64,000 nucleotides of DNA from Vicinamibacterales bacterium (GCA_965199675.1 CBDATI010000044.1:2793-66792), one strand, 5' to 3'. Counted from the stretch's first letter, positions 28,485-38,701 are shown. Notes: generated by a model not told the origin, from the sequence alone. Numbers and translations: made by a program.

Positions 28485-30593
28485 CTATGGCGCCGACGCC
28501 TGCCCCTGTCCCACCCGCCAGAGCAGGAAGCTGACGGTGTCGACCATCTCGTCGATCTGCTGGCTCACGGGCTGGCCGCCGGAGTGGCCGGCCTGGGTGT
28601 GGTAGCGGAGCAGGATGGGGTCGTCCGAGCCGTTCCTGGCCTGCATCAGGGCGGTCATCTTGCGTGCGTGCAGCGGCGCCACGCGCGTGTCGCCGTCGCC
28701 CGAAAGGTACAGTGTCGCCGGGTAGTCGCCGCCGTCGACGACGTTGTGGTACGGCGAGTACGCGTGAATGTAGGCGAACTGCTCGGGATCGTCGCTCGAC
28801 CCGTACTCGGGCACCCAGAAGCTGGCGACGAGGAACTGATGGTAGCGGACCATGTCGAGCAGCGGATAGGTGCAGACCACCGCCCCGAACAGGTCGGGCC
28901 GCTGGTTCGACACCGCCCCCACGAGGAGGCCGCCGTTGCTGCCGCCCCGTATCGCGAGGTGCTCGGGGCTGGTGTAGCCCTCCGCGACCAGATGCTCGGC
29001 CGCGGCGATGAAGTCGTCGAAGACGTTCTGCTTGCTCTCGAGCATGCCGGCCCGGTGCCACGCCTCGCCGAACTCCCCGCCCCCGCGCATGTTCGCCTGG
29101 ACGAAGACCCCCCCCGACTCGAGCCACGTCGTCGCGAGGGCCGAGAACCGCGGTGTCATGCTGTTGTTGAAGCCGCCGTAACCGGTCAGCAGGGTCGGGT
29201 TGCTTCCGTCGAGGGCGACGTCGGAGGGATGGACGATGAACATCGGGACTTCGGTCCCGTCCTTCGAGGCGAACCAGCGCTGGGTGACGGTATAGGCGGC
29301 GGAGTCGACGGGCAGTTCGGGTGCGCTCCACACGGACTGCTCGCCGGTCGCGAGGTCGTAGCGGTAGATGGTGCTCGGCACGTGGAACGTCTGGAACGTG
29401 AAGAAGGCCTCGTCGCTCGCCCAGCGGCCCGCGCCGCCGCCGACCGAGCCGAGGGTGTCGAACGCGATGTCGCGGACGTGGGTCCCGTCGAGCTCGTGGA
29501 CGGCGACCCGCGGCTGCACGTCCCGCAGGTACGAGACAGCCAGCTTCCCGCCGAGGGCGGCGACCCCTTCCACGACCACGCCGCTGCGCTCGGGGACCAC
29601 CTCGCGCCACCGTTCGAACCCGGGGTCCGCGGGGTCGGCAAGCACCACCCGCTTGTTCGGCGCGTCGAGATTGGTGACGATGACCAGTTCGTTCCCCGCG
29701 AACGAGGCCCACGACTCGGAGACTCCGTCGGCGACGGCGGTCACGAACGGCGAGTCGCGGCGGAGGTCCTTGACGTGGATCTCGGTTGGCCCCGACGAGC
29801 CCTCGATGACGTGCACGACCATCCAGCGTCCGTCGTCGGACACCACCGTGACGGGGATCTGGTGGCGCTCGTACCCCTCGCCGAAGAGCTGTACGTCGTC
29901 GGCCAACGGGGAGCCGAACGCGTGGAACATCACCCGCGGCGTCACGTCGCCGTAGCGCTCGTAATAGAGCCCGCGGCCATCCGCGGACAGGGTCACGCCG
30001 CCGTAGCGGGCGGCCGGCAACACGTCGTCGAGGTCCACGCCGGTGTCGACGTCGCGGACGCGGATGGAGACTTCGTCGACGCCCCCCTCGCGCACGGCGT
30101 AGGCCACCTGCGTCCCGTCGTCTGAGATGTCCCGCAGGGCCACGCTCGTGGAGTGGTCCGGGCTCATCGGGTGCGGGTCGATCAGCACGCGGTCCTCGCC
30201 GTCGAGCCCCTCGCGCACGTAGACCACCGACAGGTCCTGGTCGGCACGCCGCTTGCTGTAGAAGTAGCGCCCCGCGCGCTCGTTCGGCAGGCCGACCACG
30301 TCGCGCTGGAGCACCGATGCGGCCTGCGCCCGCAGATCCCCGCGGCCGGGCAGGGCGCCGAGCACCGCATCCGTATAGGCGTTCTGCGCGTCGATCCAGG
30401 CGCGCGTCGCCGGCGCCTCCTGGTCCTCCAGCCAGCGGTAGGGGTCGGGCACGTCCACGCCGTGCAGCGTGTCGACGACCTCCCGGACCTCGGTGGGCGG
30501 TGGGGGCGGCACGTCGATTCCCTGCCCCTCGGCGGCGCAGGCCGCCGTCAGCGCCGCCCCCGCAATACCCGCGATTCGTCGCGATTCGGTCAT
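28485..30593 (-). CDS. Prolyl oligopeptidase (S9A), probable lipoprotein
   Basis: DPYRWLED, GYGGF, GGSNGG (Ser), DTRV (Asp), AGH (His); LTAAC lipobox-like. Confidence 0.92.
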   Translation of the reverse strand: MTESRRIAGIAGAALTAACAAEGQGIDVPPPPPTEVREVVDTLHGVDVPDPYRWLEDQEAPATRAWIDAQNAYTDAVLGALPGRGDLRAQAASVLQRDVVGLPNERAGRYFYSKRRADQDLSVVYVREGLDGEDRVLIDPHPMSPDHSTSVALRDISDDGTQVAYAVREGGVDEVSIRVRDVDTGVDLDDVLPAARYGGVTLSADGRGLYYERYGDVTPRVMFHAFGSPLADDVQLFGEGYERHQIPVTVVSDDGRWMVVHVIEGSSGPTEIHVKDLRRDSPFVTAVADGVSESWASFAGNELVIVTNLDAPNKRVVLADPADPGFERWREVVPERSGVVVEGVAALGGKLAVSYLRDVQPRVAVHELDGTHVRDIAFDTLGSVGGGAGRWASDEAFFTFQTFHVPSTIYRYDLATGEQSVWSAPELPVDSAAYTVTQRWFASKDGTEVPMFIVHPSDVALDGSNPTLLTGYGGFNNSMTPRFSALATTWLESGGVFVQANMRGGGEFGEAWHRAGMLESKQNVFDDFIAAAEHLVAEGYTSPEHLAIRGGSNGGLLVGAVSNQRPDLFGAVVCTYPLLDMVRYHQFLVASFWVPEYGSSDDPEQFAYIHAYSPYHNVVDGGDYPATLYLSGDGDTRVAPLHARKMTALMQARNGSDDPILLRYHTQAGHSGGQPVSQQIDEMVDTVSFLLWRVGQGQASAP

Positions 30594-30665
30594 GGTCTCC
30601 TCCTCGACCCGAGGCATCGAGCCTCGCGCACGCGCCTTCCCCGATCGACCGGTCGACGCCACCGG

Positions 30666-31130
30666 CTACGCGTCCCCGACGGGCAACGCCGCCAGATCCA
30701 CCAGATCGAGCCCTCGAAACCGTCGGAAATCACGCAGGTTGCCCGTCACCAGCCGCGTCAGGCCATGCTCCTGCATCGTCGCAACGATGTTGGCGTCGTG
30801 AAGCTGCCTGCCCGAGCACGCCACGGTCCGCGCGATGTCCAGCAGCCGAACCGTCACGTTTCGGTTCTCGTCGACGACCGTGCTGCGTCCCGCGATCGCC
30901 TCGGCGTTACGCACCGCCTCCCGCGGCGGAAGACCCAGCCCGTTCGCAGCCACCGGCCGCGTGCAGACCGCGAGGAACTCGCGCACGACCTGACCACTCA
31001 CGTACAGGGCAACCCCCCGATTGGGCAGTACGTTCAGCACGTGGATCGCCTGCGCATGCAGACCGCGCGCGCGGTCCACGGCGCTCAGCAGCACGTTGGT
31101 GTCGCAGAACAGGCGATCACCCGCCGTCAT
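30666..31130 (-). CDS. vapC: PIN-domain toxin (VapC-like)
   Basis: LFCDTNVLL, QVVREF, LHDANIVATM, LVTGNLRDF. Confidence 0.88.
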   Translation of the reverse strand: MTAGDRLFCDTNVLLSAVDRARGLHAQAIHVLNVLPNRGVALYVSGQVVREFLAVCTRPVAANGLGLPPREAVRNAEAIAGRSTVVDENRNVTVRLLDIARTVACSGRQLHDANIVATMQEHGLTRLVTGNLRDFRRFRGLDLVDLAALPVGDA

Positions 31131-31347
31131 CGCCGTAGATGTCCTCGCGCGTCCACAGGCGTTCGCCTCCGATGTCGACGTGATGGAGCCGAATGGGCGG
31201 GTATCCTCCCTCCGGAGGCGCCGTCCGCGCCGCTTCCACCAGGATCTCCCGCACTTCGCCCTGCACCGATCGATGATGGGCCCGGGCTCTTCGCTTCAGC
31301 GCACTCATCGTCTGTTCGGACAGTTCGCGCACATGGATGCCAGGCAT
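31117..31347 (-). CDS. Ribbon-helix-helix antitoxin (FitA/VapB-like)
   Basis: MPGIHVRELSEQTMSALKRRARAHHRSVQGEVREIL; overlaps the PIN gene start. Confidence 0.82.
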   Translation of the reverse strand: MPGIHVRELSEQTMSALKRRARAHHRSVQGEVREILVEAARTAPPEGGYPPIRLHHVDIGGERLWTREDIYGDDGG

Positions 31348-31369
31348 GGTGTCATTATGACACCATGCC
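31343..31369. promoter_or_regulatory. Perfect 12-bp inverted repeat over the antitoxin -10 box and start codon (probable autorepression operator)
   Basis: GGCATGGTGTCA-TTA-TGACACCATGCC; on the minus strand CATAAT lies 6 nt before the ATG. Confidence 0.7.
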
Positions 31370-31550
31370 GAGTCGGGGGAACACGAAGCTCGGAAGGACC
31401 GGTCGAGACGAGTTCCAGTGCGCCCCGGGCGCGTGGACGCGGCCGCGCTCAGTCCGCCCGCGGCCGACGGTGGTACTTCAGCGCCCCGCCGCGCCCCGTC
31501 CGCCCATGGCCCCGCCGCCATCGTCGGCCCCGCCGCCATCGTCGGCGTCG

Positions 31551-32540
31551 TCAGTCTCCCGCCAGCCAGAACATGCACCCCGGACCCGAGTCGGCGCCGG
31601 TCGCCACCTCCGACACCACCTCCAGGGTCTCGAGGTCGATCACCGCCACGCGGTCGTCGCCCCGCAGCGCCGCGTACGCCACGGCGCCGTCGGGCCGCAC
31701 CAGCACCGCGTTGGGGGCGAGGTCGAGCCGTTCCATCTCGGTCCGTGACGCGGCGTCCATGACCACGACGCTCGTGGCCGAGTCCGAGATCAGCACCCGC
31801 GCGCCGTCGGGCGTGAACGCCAGCCGGTTCGGGTCCTGCAGACCCAGGTCGAGCCGCTCGGTGACCGTCTTGGCCGCCACGTCGACGATGGACACGCCGC
31901 CGTCGTTGCGGGTGGCCACCCACAGCTCCGCGCCGTCCGGCGAGACGTCGAGCCCCTCCGGGTACTCGCCGCCGGCGGGGATCGTGGTCACCCGCCAGTC
32001 GGGCGGACCGGCCGCCGCGCCCTCGACCACGCTCAAGGTGTCGGACTCGCGGTTCGCGGTGAAGATGGTGTCGCGGTCCCGACTCAGGACCATCATGTGG
32101 GCGCCGTCCTGACCGAGGCCGAGCAGCCAGTCGACCTCGTCGGCCTCGGGATCGTAGCGGCCGATGGCCTTGTAGCCCTCCACCGTGAAGTACAGCCGTC
32201 CGCCGGCGAAGCGGACATCGTGGGGCACACTGCCGCGCCCGATGTCGAGCCGGCGCACCTCCGTCAGCGTCTCCAGGTCGATCACCGAGATGCCGTCGCT
32301 CGGACTGGCCACGAACGCGAGCCTCCCGTCCGGCGTCGCGGTCACCTCGTGGGGGCCCGACACCGTGTCCACCTGGCCGAGCACCGTCCCCGCCGCCGGG
32401 TCCACGACGGCCAGCGCGCTGGCGTCACGCAGCAGCACCAGCAACCGCGCGTCCCCGGCGGACTGAGCCGCCGCGCCGCCAACCCCCGCCAGGAACGCGG
32501 CAACGCCGCACATCACCACCGCTTGTCTCGCTGCACGCAC
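31551..32540 (-). CDS. Exported YncE-like beta-propeller protein
   Basis: Signal peptide; repeated TPDG/SPDG blades. Confidence 0.82.
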   Translation of the reverse strand: MRAARQAVVMCGVAAFLAGVGGAAAQSAGDARLLVLLRDASALAVVDPAAGTVLGQVDTVSGPHEVTATPDGRLAFVASPSDGISVIDLETLTEVRRLDIGRGSVPHDVRFAGGRLYFTVEGYKAIGRYDPEADEVDWLLGLGQDGAHMMVLSRDRDTIFTANRESDTLSVVEGAAAGPPDWRVTTIPAGGEYPEGLDVSPDGAELWVATRNDGGVSIVDVAAKTVTERLDLGLQDPNRLAFTPDGARVLISDSATSVVVMDAASRTEMERLDLAPNAVLVRPDGAVAYAALRGDDRVAVIDLETLEVVSEVATGADSGPGCMFWLAGD

Positions 32541-33016
32541 CGATCACTCCTTTCCTCGACGCCCGCCGACACTCCGGTTCGCCGGAGCGTCGCGGGAACG
32601 ACCCGGTCTATTCCGCATCATGATCGTCCGTGGCGGCGGCGGCCGCAAGACTCGTCGCAGCAGCGGCGCGAACGCCGCCAGGCATCGTCTCGTCCCCCCG
32701 AACGACACGGCGTCTCCCGCGGCGCGAGCACCCGGCGTTCCCGGCATCGCCGCTCCTCGACCGCTATTCCCGGGCGGGCCGACGCGCGTCTCGGGCGCGC
32801 GGGGCGGCCATGACACGTCTCCTGCCGGCCTCCGAGCGCGACGGCGGCCCGGACGCCGCGAACGACACGGCGCCGCGACAACCCGCAGCCTGCCGGCGCT
32901 CCCGGCCCGAGCGCGACGGCGGCCCGGCGGCCCGGTCCTGTCGCCGCCGGGAGGATTCACGTAGAATCAGGGCCGGCGCGGGAGGAACCCACGCCGATGC
33001 AACCGAGGAGATCGAC

Positions 33017-33883
33017 ATGTGTGATGAGAGAACGACTGCCGACACCACCGAGTACCTGCGCGGGCAGAGCATGACCCGACGGCAGTTCGGCGCGGTATCG
33101 GCGGGTGCGGGGCTGGCCATGCTGCTGCCCCGGGCCGCCAACGCCCAGGCCGTGACCGAGGCGGAGATCGACGTCGAGACCCCCGACGGCGTGTGCGACA
33201 GCTACTTCGTGCACCCCGCCAGCGGGGCGCATCCCGGCGTCCTCATCTGGCCCGACGCTTTTGGCCTGAGGACCGCAAAGCGCCAGATGGCGAAGCGGCT
33301 CGCCGAGTCGGGCTACTCGGTGCTGGTCGTCAACCAGTACTACCGTTCGCAGCGGGCGCCGATCGTCGAGTCGAGGAACTTCGGCGAGGTGGCCGGCACT
33401 CTCCGGCCGCTGATGGGGACGCTGAGCCCCGAGACCCACGTGACCGACGCGAGAGCTTTCGTGAGCTTCCTCGACGGTCAGGCGTCGGTCGACAGCAACC
33501 GGAAGATGGGGACGATGGGCTACTGCATGGGCGGTCCCATCACCATGCGCACGGCGGCGGCGCTGCCTGACCGCATCGGCGCCGGCGCCTCGTTCCACGG
33601 CGGCGGCCTCGTCACCGACCAGCCCGACAGTCCGCACCTGCTCGTGCCGCAGATGACCGCGCACTATCTGTTCGCGATTGCCGAGAACGACGACGAGAAC
33701 GAGCCCGAGGCCAAGAACGTCCTGCGGGAGGCGTTCGCCGAAGCCGGCCTGCCGGCCGAGATCGAGGTGTACGAGGGCGCGCTGCACGGCTGGTGCCCGC
33801 CGGACACCACGGTCTACAACGAGGCACAGGCAGAACGGGCGTGGAGCCGCCTCCTCGCTCTGTTCGAACGCGCGCTCGCGTAG
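33017..33883 (+). CDS. Dienelactone hydrolase family protein, Tat-like signal
   Basis: TRRQFG; GYCMGG nucleophile elbow, SFHGG, HGW. Confidence 0.88.
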   Translation: MCDERTTADTTEYLRGQSMTRRQFGAVSAGAGLAMLLPRAANAQAVTEAEIDVETPDGVCDSYFVHPASGAHPGVLIWPDAFGLRTAKRQMAKRLAESGYSVLVVNQYYRSQRAPIVESRNFGEVAGTLRPLMGTLSPETHVTDARAFVSFLDGQASVDSNRKMGTMGYCMGGPITMRTAAALPDRIGAGASFHGGGLVTDQPDSPHLLVPQMTAHYLFAIAENDDENEPEAKNVLREAFAEAGLPAEIEVYEGALHGWCPPDTTVYNEAQAERAWSRLLALFERALA

Positions 33884-34326
33884 CCCGACGAGCCGTCGCC
33901 GGCGGCTCCGCGCACCACTCAGGGGTCTGCGCCACGCCTGCGGGGCGCAGGCCCCTGGCCACGGGCCAAACGGTCGTTCATCCCGAGGACGCCCGTCGCC
34001 GGCGGTCTTCGCTCGATGTGGAACCGAAACGCGGGGCCGACAAGTGGCCGGCGCCGTGCGCCCCCCCCGCCCGACGGACGGAACCGAGGGAAGGCGCACC
34101 TCCTGGTCTGGAACCCGGACTGGTCTGGAACCCGGAACGCGGGGCTGACGGTGACCGGTCCACCGCGCCCGCGGCCCCGGCAACCCACCGCCCCCCGGAG
34201 GAAGGCCGCCTCTGACCGCAACCCGCGCGGGAAGACGATGTCGGCGCGCCCGAGCGAACGGCTCACGAAGCCGGGCGCCGAGGGATGGATGCGCCCGACC
34301 GGCGACGGCGCAACGCCGCTACTCAG

Positions 34327-35379
34327 CTACTCCGGCCGGTGCGGCAGCAGCTCCCAGTACAGGTGGCCGCCCACGAGATCGCCGTCGTCGGTGGTGCGCG
34401 GCCGCCCCCCGAGCCGCAGGACGTCGCCCGCGAGGTGGTAGAGCCGTTCGGCGTCGGTCACCCCTTCGACGGGCCTCGTCCTTCCCTCCTGGTGGTGTAC
34501 GACGTACTGCGGATCCGCGTCCTCGTGAACGGTGAACCGCCCGAAGTACCCGCCGTACGTCCGGTAGGCGGCCATCGCCTCGGCCGGCGTGGGCGTCGCG
34601 TCCGCGTACGGCGTGCGCCCCTCGCGGGCCATCAGGTGCACCATCATGTGGCCGGTCGGCGTATAGATGATCCACGAGCCGGCGCGGCTGTCGTTCCGCT
34701 CCCCGCGCCAGAACTCACTGCCGCGATCCTCGTACCGGTCCGTGTAGAGGAGCTGGCGGAATCCGACGAAACGCTGCGCCTCGTCGGACAGCTCGGCGTC
34801 GGGCAGCCGCTCCCACACGACCTGGCGGTCGGCGTCGCCCTTCGTACCGTTGGCCGACGCCGGGGTGAGGATGAGCCGGTCGCCGTCGATGTCGTAGAAC
34901 CGCTTCGCGTCGACCTCGGCGCCGGGGTTCATCTGCCCGATCCGGTGGTGAATGAGGAATCTCCCCTCGTCGTCCTCGTCGACCCTGAATGGACCGAAGT
35001 ACGCCGTATAGCCTTCGAGCGCCCGCTGCGCCTCCTCCGGCGTCGGCGTACCGTCGGCGAACGGCTCCCGATCGAGCGGCATGACGTTGACCGCCATGTA
35101 CCCCGTGTCGCTGTAGGTGATGTACCCGAGCGAGTTGAAGTCCTCCATCGGGACCCACGCGCCGCTCTCGTCCTTGACGTTGCGCCCGACGAGCTGGTAC
35201 GTCCCGACAACGGGGCCGCGCGGCAGGCCGCTCCGCTCGGTCGCGTCCTCCGCCACCGCCACCGCGGCGGACGTGGCGCCGTCTTCCGCGGCCGGGACCG
35301 GCGGATCGGCGCAACCGCCGAACGCGAGGGGAAGGCACACGACGGCGGCGACGATCGGGGTGATGCTCCGGTTCCGCAT
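34327..35379 (-). CDS. Lipoprotein with two tandem lipocalin-like domains
   Basis: FGGC lipobox-like; two units with G(T/F)(Y/R)QL...G.I.Y...G.M...Y..YFG.F.V. Confidence 0.72.
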   Translation of the reverse strand: MRNRSITPIVAAVVCLPLAFGGCADPPVPAAEDGATSAAVAVAEDATERSGLPRGPVVGTYQLVGRNVKDESGAWVPMEDFNSLGYITYSDTGYMAVNVMPLDREPFADGTPTPEEAQRALEGYTAYFGPFRVDEDDEGRFLIHHRIGQMNPGAEVDAKRFYDIDGDRLILTPASANGTKGDADRQVVWERLPDAELSDEAQRFVGFRQLLYTDRYEDRGSEFWRGERNDSRAGSWIIYTPTGHMMVHLMAREGRTPYADATPTPAEAMAAYRTYGGYFGRFTVHEDADPQYVVHHQEGRTRPVEGVTDAERLYHLAGDVLRLGGRPRTTDDGDLVGGHLYWELLPHRPE

Positions 35380-35620
35380 GATGCTCCTCCTCCTTGCGCT
35401 CGGCTCAGGGGCGTCGAGTCGGCCGCCGGGCGCGACGACGTGACGACAGCCGCACAGAAGCCGTCCCGGCGTTCAGGTCGGCGCCGGCAGGGGTTAGCCC
35501 CCTGGCCGGAAGGGCGGCCCGGCCGCGATGGTATTCGCGAGCTACCGGGCGTCGCCCAGGCAGCTCGCTCGGCTCAGCCGGCCCCGGCCGAAGCCGCCGG
35601 GAGACGGCGGTCTCGTCCCT

Positions 35621-35995
35621 TCACCACGCCAGAGACAGCCCGCTCGCAGACGTGCTGACCTCCAGGTCCCGCCACGTCAGGGGCTCGACGAAAGCCGCCA
35701 CCCCGAGCACGGCGATCGCATAACCGACGACACCCTCGTCGAGCTCCCAGTTCTGCTTCGAGAAGCCCACCAGACCTCCGGCCGCCAGCAAGCCCGCGCC
35801 CAGCATGTACTGCCGCATGCGTTCGGTCCTGATCAGCCGCAGACGCTCCGGGTCGATCCGGTCTATCAGCAGGCCGCCGTCCGATTGCATCCGGGCGCCG
35901 GATTCCTCCAGGGCGGCCGGCGCCTGCGCCGCCGCCTGCGAGGCGCAGGCGCCGACGAGAATTGCCACCAGGCAAACCACGATTCCGTTACGCAT
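35621..35995 (-). CDS. Hypothetical membrane/exported protein
   Basis: Hydrophobic N-terminus (LVGAC) plus two hydrophobic segments; last gene of the minus-strand run. Confidence 0.5.
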   Translation of the reverse strand: MRNGIVVCLVAILVGACASQAAAQAPAALEESGARMQSDGGLLIDRIDPERLRLIRTERMRQYMLGAGLLAAGGLVGFSKQNWELDEGVVGYAIAVLGVAAFVEPLTWRDLEVSTSASGLSLAW

Positions 35996-36108
35996 TCCAG
36001 TCTCCCTCCTGAGGAAGAGCATTCTACCAGAGCCTCCCGGCGTCTGCGCCGACCCGCGGCGCAGCCTTGCCTGTCTCCCGGCGCCGTCGCGCCCCCGCGA
36101 CGCCCCGC

Positions 36109-36543
36109 CTACCGGGGCTCCGTCGGATCGCGGCCGTCGCGCGGAGCGCCCGTCCCCGACGAACCGAGGAACAGCTTGCTGCCGTCGGCGAAGGTCACGT
36201 CCCGGCCGTTGGCCTTGTTGGAGCCGTCCTTGGCCTGGAACCCCTCGACGAAGATCTCCGTGCCCGCCAGCAGCGAGCGGCGGTTGAAACCGCGCCGCAG
36301 CAGCGACGTGGGCGGCCCGCCCTCGATCATCCACCGCTCGGCGGAACCGTCCGGCTGCGCCACATCGATGTGAATCCAGGTGTGGGGATTCACCCACTCC
36401 ATCCTCACCACGGTCCCGGTCAGCTCGATCGGGGCGTCCGCGTCGAACTCCGCCGCGAACGCGTGGTGGGCCAGCGCCCGCCCCCCGGCGGCGGCGACGA
36501 GCCCCCCGAGAACAGCAATCGACACGACGGTTCGTGCTCGCAT
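36109..36543 (-). CDS. DUF6152-family exported protein
   Basis: ALA/HHAFAAEFD...GTVVRMEWVNPHTWI...WMIEGGPP...GF. Confidence 0.8.
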   Translation of the reverse strand: MRARTVVSIAVLGGLVAAAGGRALAHHAFAAEFDADAPIELTGTVVRMEWVNPHTWIHIDVAQPDGSAERWMIEGGPPTSLLRRGFNRRSLLAGTEIFVEGFQAKDGSNKANGRDVTFADGSKLFLGSSGTGAPRDGRDPTEPR

Positions 36544-36563
36544 CTCCGACCTCCTCCCGCCCT

Positions 36564-37808
36564 TCACTGACGGCCATCCTGCTGCCCGGCTTCCCACGCG
36601 TCGAGCAGCGCCCTCTTCTCGTCGAGCTCGCGACTGCGGATGGCCGCCTCGCGGGCCGCTTCGTCCAGCGCCCACGCCCGGTCGACCCGCGCCCCACGGA
36701 TGGCGTTCACCATGCCGTAGTTGTGCTCGTGGCACGCGTACTCGAACAGCCGGTCCTGGTTGCCCGCAGTCGCCCAGGCGTCGAGCGTGAAGTAGTTGAC
36801 GGTGGTGAAGGGCCGCACGAACACCGCCGGGTCCTCCACCGTGTAACGGTACTCGAGGGTCTCGGCGTCGAGGCGGCTGATGCGCTCGGTGAGACGCAGC
36901 GTCTCGCCGGTGCCCGGGTAGTAATGCACGTGGGCCGAGCCGCCGAACGGACCGCCGTGAGCCGGCACCACGGTGTTCACGGTGTTCTTGAAGTTGCCGG
37001 TCTCGACGACCAGCGTGTCGCCCTCCCAGCGGCCGGTCGAGTCGCCGTTCCACTGGCGGATGTCCGGCCCCAGGGGCCCCGGCGGGTCGTCGCCCTCGGT
37101 GCCGACGGGAATGATGCGGACGTAGCCGTAGGGCATCACGATGCTCACGTACCCGGGCGTCTGCACGATCTCCTTGAGCGGCTGCTGGCTGCTCCCCAGC
37201 ATCTCGCCGGGCAGGCCGTTCCGGGTGATGCACCGCTCGGACAGCCCGCGGTCCTCCCAGTCGTCGGCCTGGCTGCGCTCGCGCCTCGCCTCTTCGCGCG
37301 CCTCCCAGACGGCGAGGGCGTCGCGGGTCAGCGGCGGCATGCGCCCGTCGCTTGGATCGACGATCTGCGACGTGCGCAGGGAGATCGGAGGCGTGGTCGG
37401 GTCGGCGCTCCAGAACGCGTTGTACTCCGCGCCGGCGATGCGGTAGCCGGGCCGCCCGTCGTCGGGGGCGTCGGACCGCGCGTAGCGGGCCACGTCCTGC
37501 TGCACCAGCTCCTGCGCGACGGCGTCGTCGTCGTCATCGCTGACGACCCGGCGCAGCCCGAGGCGCTCGCGTTCGGCCGCCTCCTCCTCGGTCATGAACT
37601 CGCGCGTGCCGAACTCGGGCGGCCGCTCCATCGGCGTGTAGGTCCGGGTGTCCCACATGCCCTGCAGGTCCGGATCGCCCCACGGCGTCCGCGGCGCGGC
37701 GTACTCGGCCTGGCCGGGTTCCTGGGCCTGTCCCACCGCCGGCGCGGTTGCCCCCGCCGCGACCATCGCGATCGCCGCAGCCACGAGCGCGCATCCTCCA
37801 AGTCTCAC
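36564..37808 (-). CDS. Exported 'PRTPWGDPDLQG' family protein (paralog 2)
   Basis: GTG start overlapping the upstream TGA, with GGAGG upstream; PRTPWGDPDLQG, RWEGDTLVVET, EYACHEHNY. Confidence 0.82.
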   Translation of the reverse strand: MRLGGCALVAAAIAMVAAGATAPAVGQAQEPGQAEYAAPRTPWGDPDLQGMWDTRTYTPMERPPEFGTREFMTEEEAAERERLGLRRVVSDDDDDAVAQELVQQDVARYARSDAPDDGRPGYRIAGAEYNAFWSADPTTPPISLRTSQIVDPSDGRMPPLTRDALAVWEAREEARRERSQADDWEDRGLSERCITRNGLPGEMLGSSQQPLKEIVQTPGYVSIVMPYGYVRIIPVGTEGDDPPGPLGPDIRQWNGDSTGRWEGDTLVVETGNFKNTVNTVVPAHGGPFGGSAHVHYYPGTGETLRLTERISRLDAETLEYRYTVEDPAVFVRPFTTVNYFTLDAWATAGNQDRLFEYACHEHNYGMVNAIRGARVDRAWALDEAAREAAIRSRELDEKRALLDAWEAGQQDGRQ

Positions 37809-38701
37809 CGTCCACCTCCTTCCGGGTCGACGAGGCCCCCGTACACGTATTCCTCGGCGAGGTCCACGCACTTGAACTCGAGCAGCCGCAGGTCGTCCTC
37901 GATGCGGCGGTACAGCGGCAGGCGGATCGTCCAGTGGCGGGTGAAGACCTCGGGGTCGTCTATCGTCGCCTCGTACATCATGTGCCAGGGGCTGATGGGC
38001 GTGTACCGCTCCACGACCTCCATCGCCGCGCTGTGGTAGTTGCCGGCCCGGTCGAACCACGACAGATCGTTGAAGCCGCTCACCTCCACCACCAGCGTGT
38101 CCCCCTCCCAGCGCCCGTTCGACCAGCCCATCCAACTGTCGACCGGCGCCTCGCTGTCGCCGTTCAGGGGAATGGTGCGGCTGGCGCCCGCATACTGGTA
38201 GGCGATGATGACCTTCTCGGTGCTCTGGATGATCTGGAACGGGAACGGCATGTAGGTGGCCCGCGGCACCCCCGGCAGGTAGCACTTCGCCTCGGGGTCG
38301 CCGACCGTGTTGACGTTGTCGTGGTCGACCGCGAGCCGCCGCTCGAAGTTCTCCTGCTTGCGCGCGAGGGCCTCGGGCCGGTAGGGGATATCGTTGCCGA
38401 GGACCACGCCCCGCCCCGGCGGCTGCGCCCCCCAGACCCCGAGCAGCCGGGGGAACGGTCCCGCCTCGGCGCCGTGGTCCTGCAGGCTCCAGTTGGCGGT
38501 GGTGAACGCCTGCCAGATGCCGCTGATGTCGGGATGCTCCGTGCCCGGCAGTCGGGGCGCCGCGTACTCCGCTTCCGCGGTCTGGGCGAAGGCCGTCGAG
38601 GCCGACAGGCCCACCGTCGCCGTCACCACGACCGACGCCGCCGCGACCACCGACGCCGGAACCGACATGCGCCTGCGGACGACCCTGAACCGCGTGCCCA
38701 T
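37805..38701 (-). CDS. Exported protein of the same family (paralog 3)
   Basis: HPDISGIW, CYLPGVPR, WMGWSNGRWEGDTLVVEV, LEFKC; SD GAGGAGG. Confidence 0.82.
   Translation of the reverse strand: MGTRFRVVRRRMSVPASVVAAASVVVTATVGLSASTAFAQTAEAEYAAPRLPGTEHPDISGIWQAFTTANWSLQDHGAEAGPFPRLLGVWGAQPPGRGVVLGNDIPYRPEALARKQENFERRLAVDHDNVNTVGDPEAKCYLPGVPRATYMPFPFQIIQSTEKVIIAYQYAGASRTIPLNGDSEAPVDSWMGWSNGRWEGDTLVVEVSGFNDLSWFDRAGNYHSAAMEVVERYTPISPWHMMYEATIDDPEVFTRHWTIRLPLYRRIEDDLRLLEFKCVDLAEEYVYGGLVDPEGGGR

Noticed and set aside
31508-31546. Short tandem repeat CCGCCGCCATCGTCGGC x2
   Set aside because: Two GC-rich copies only; plausible by slippage, no functional clue.
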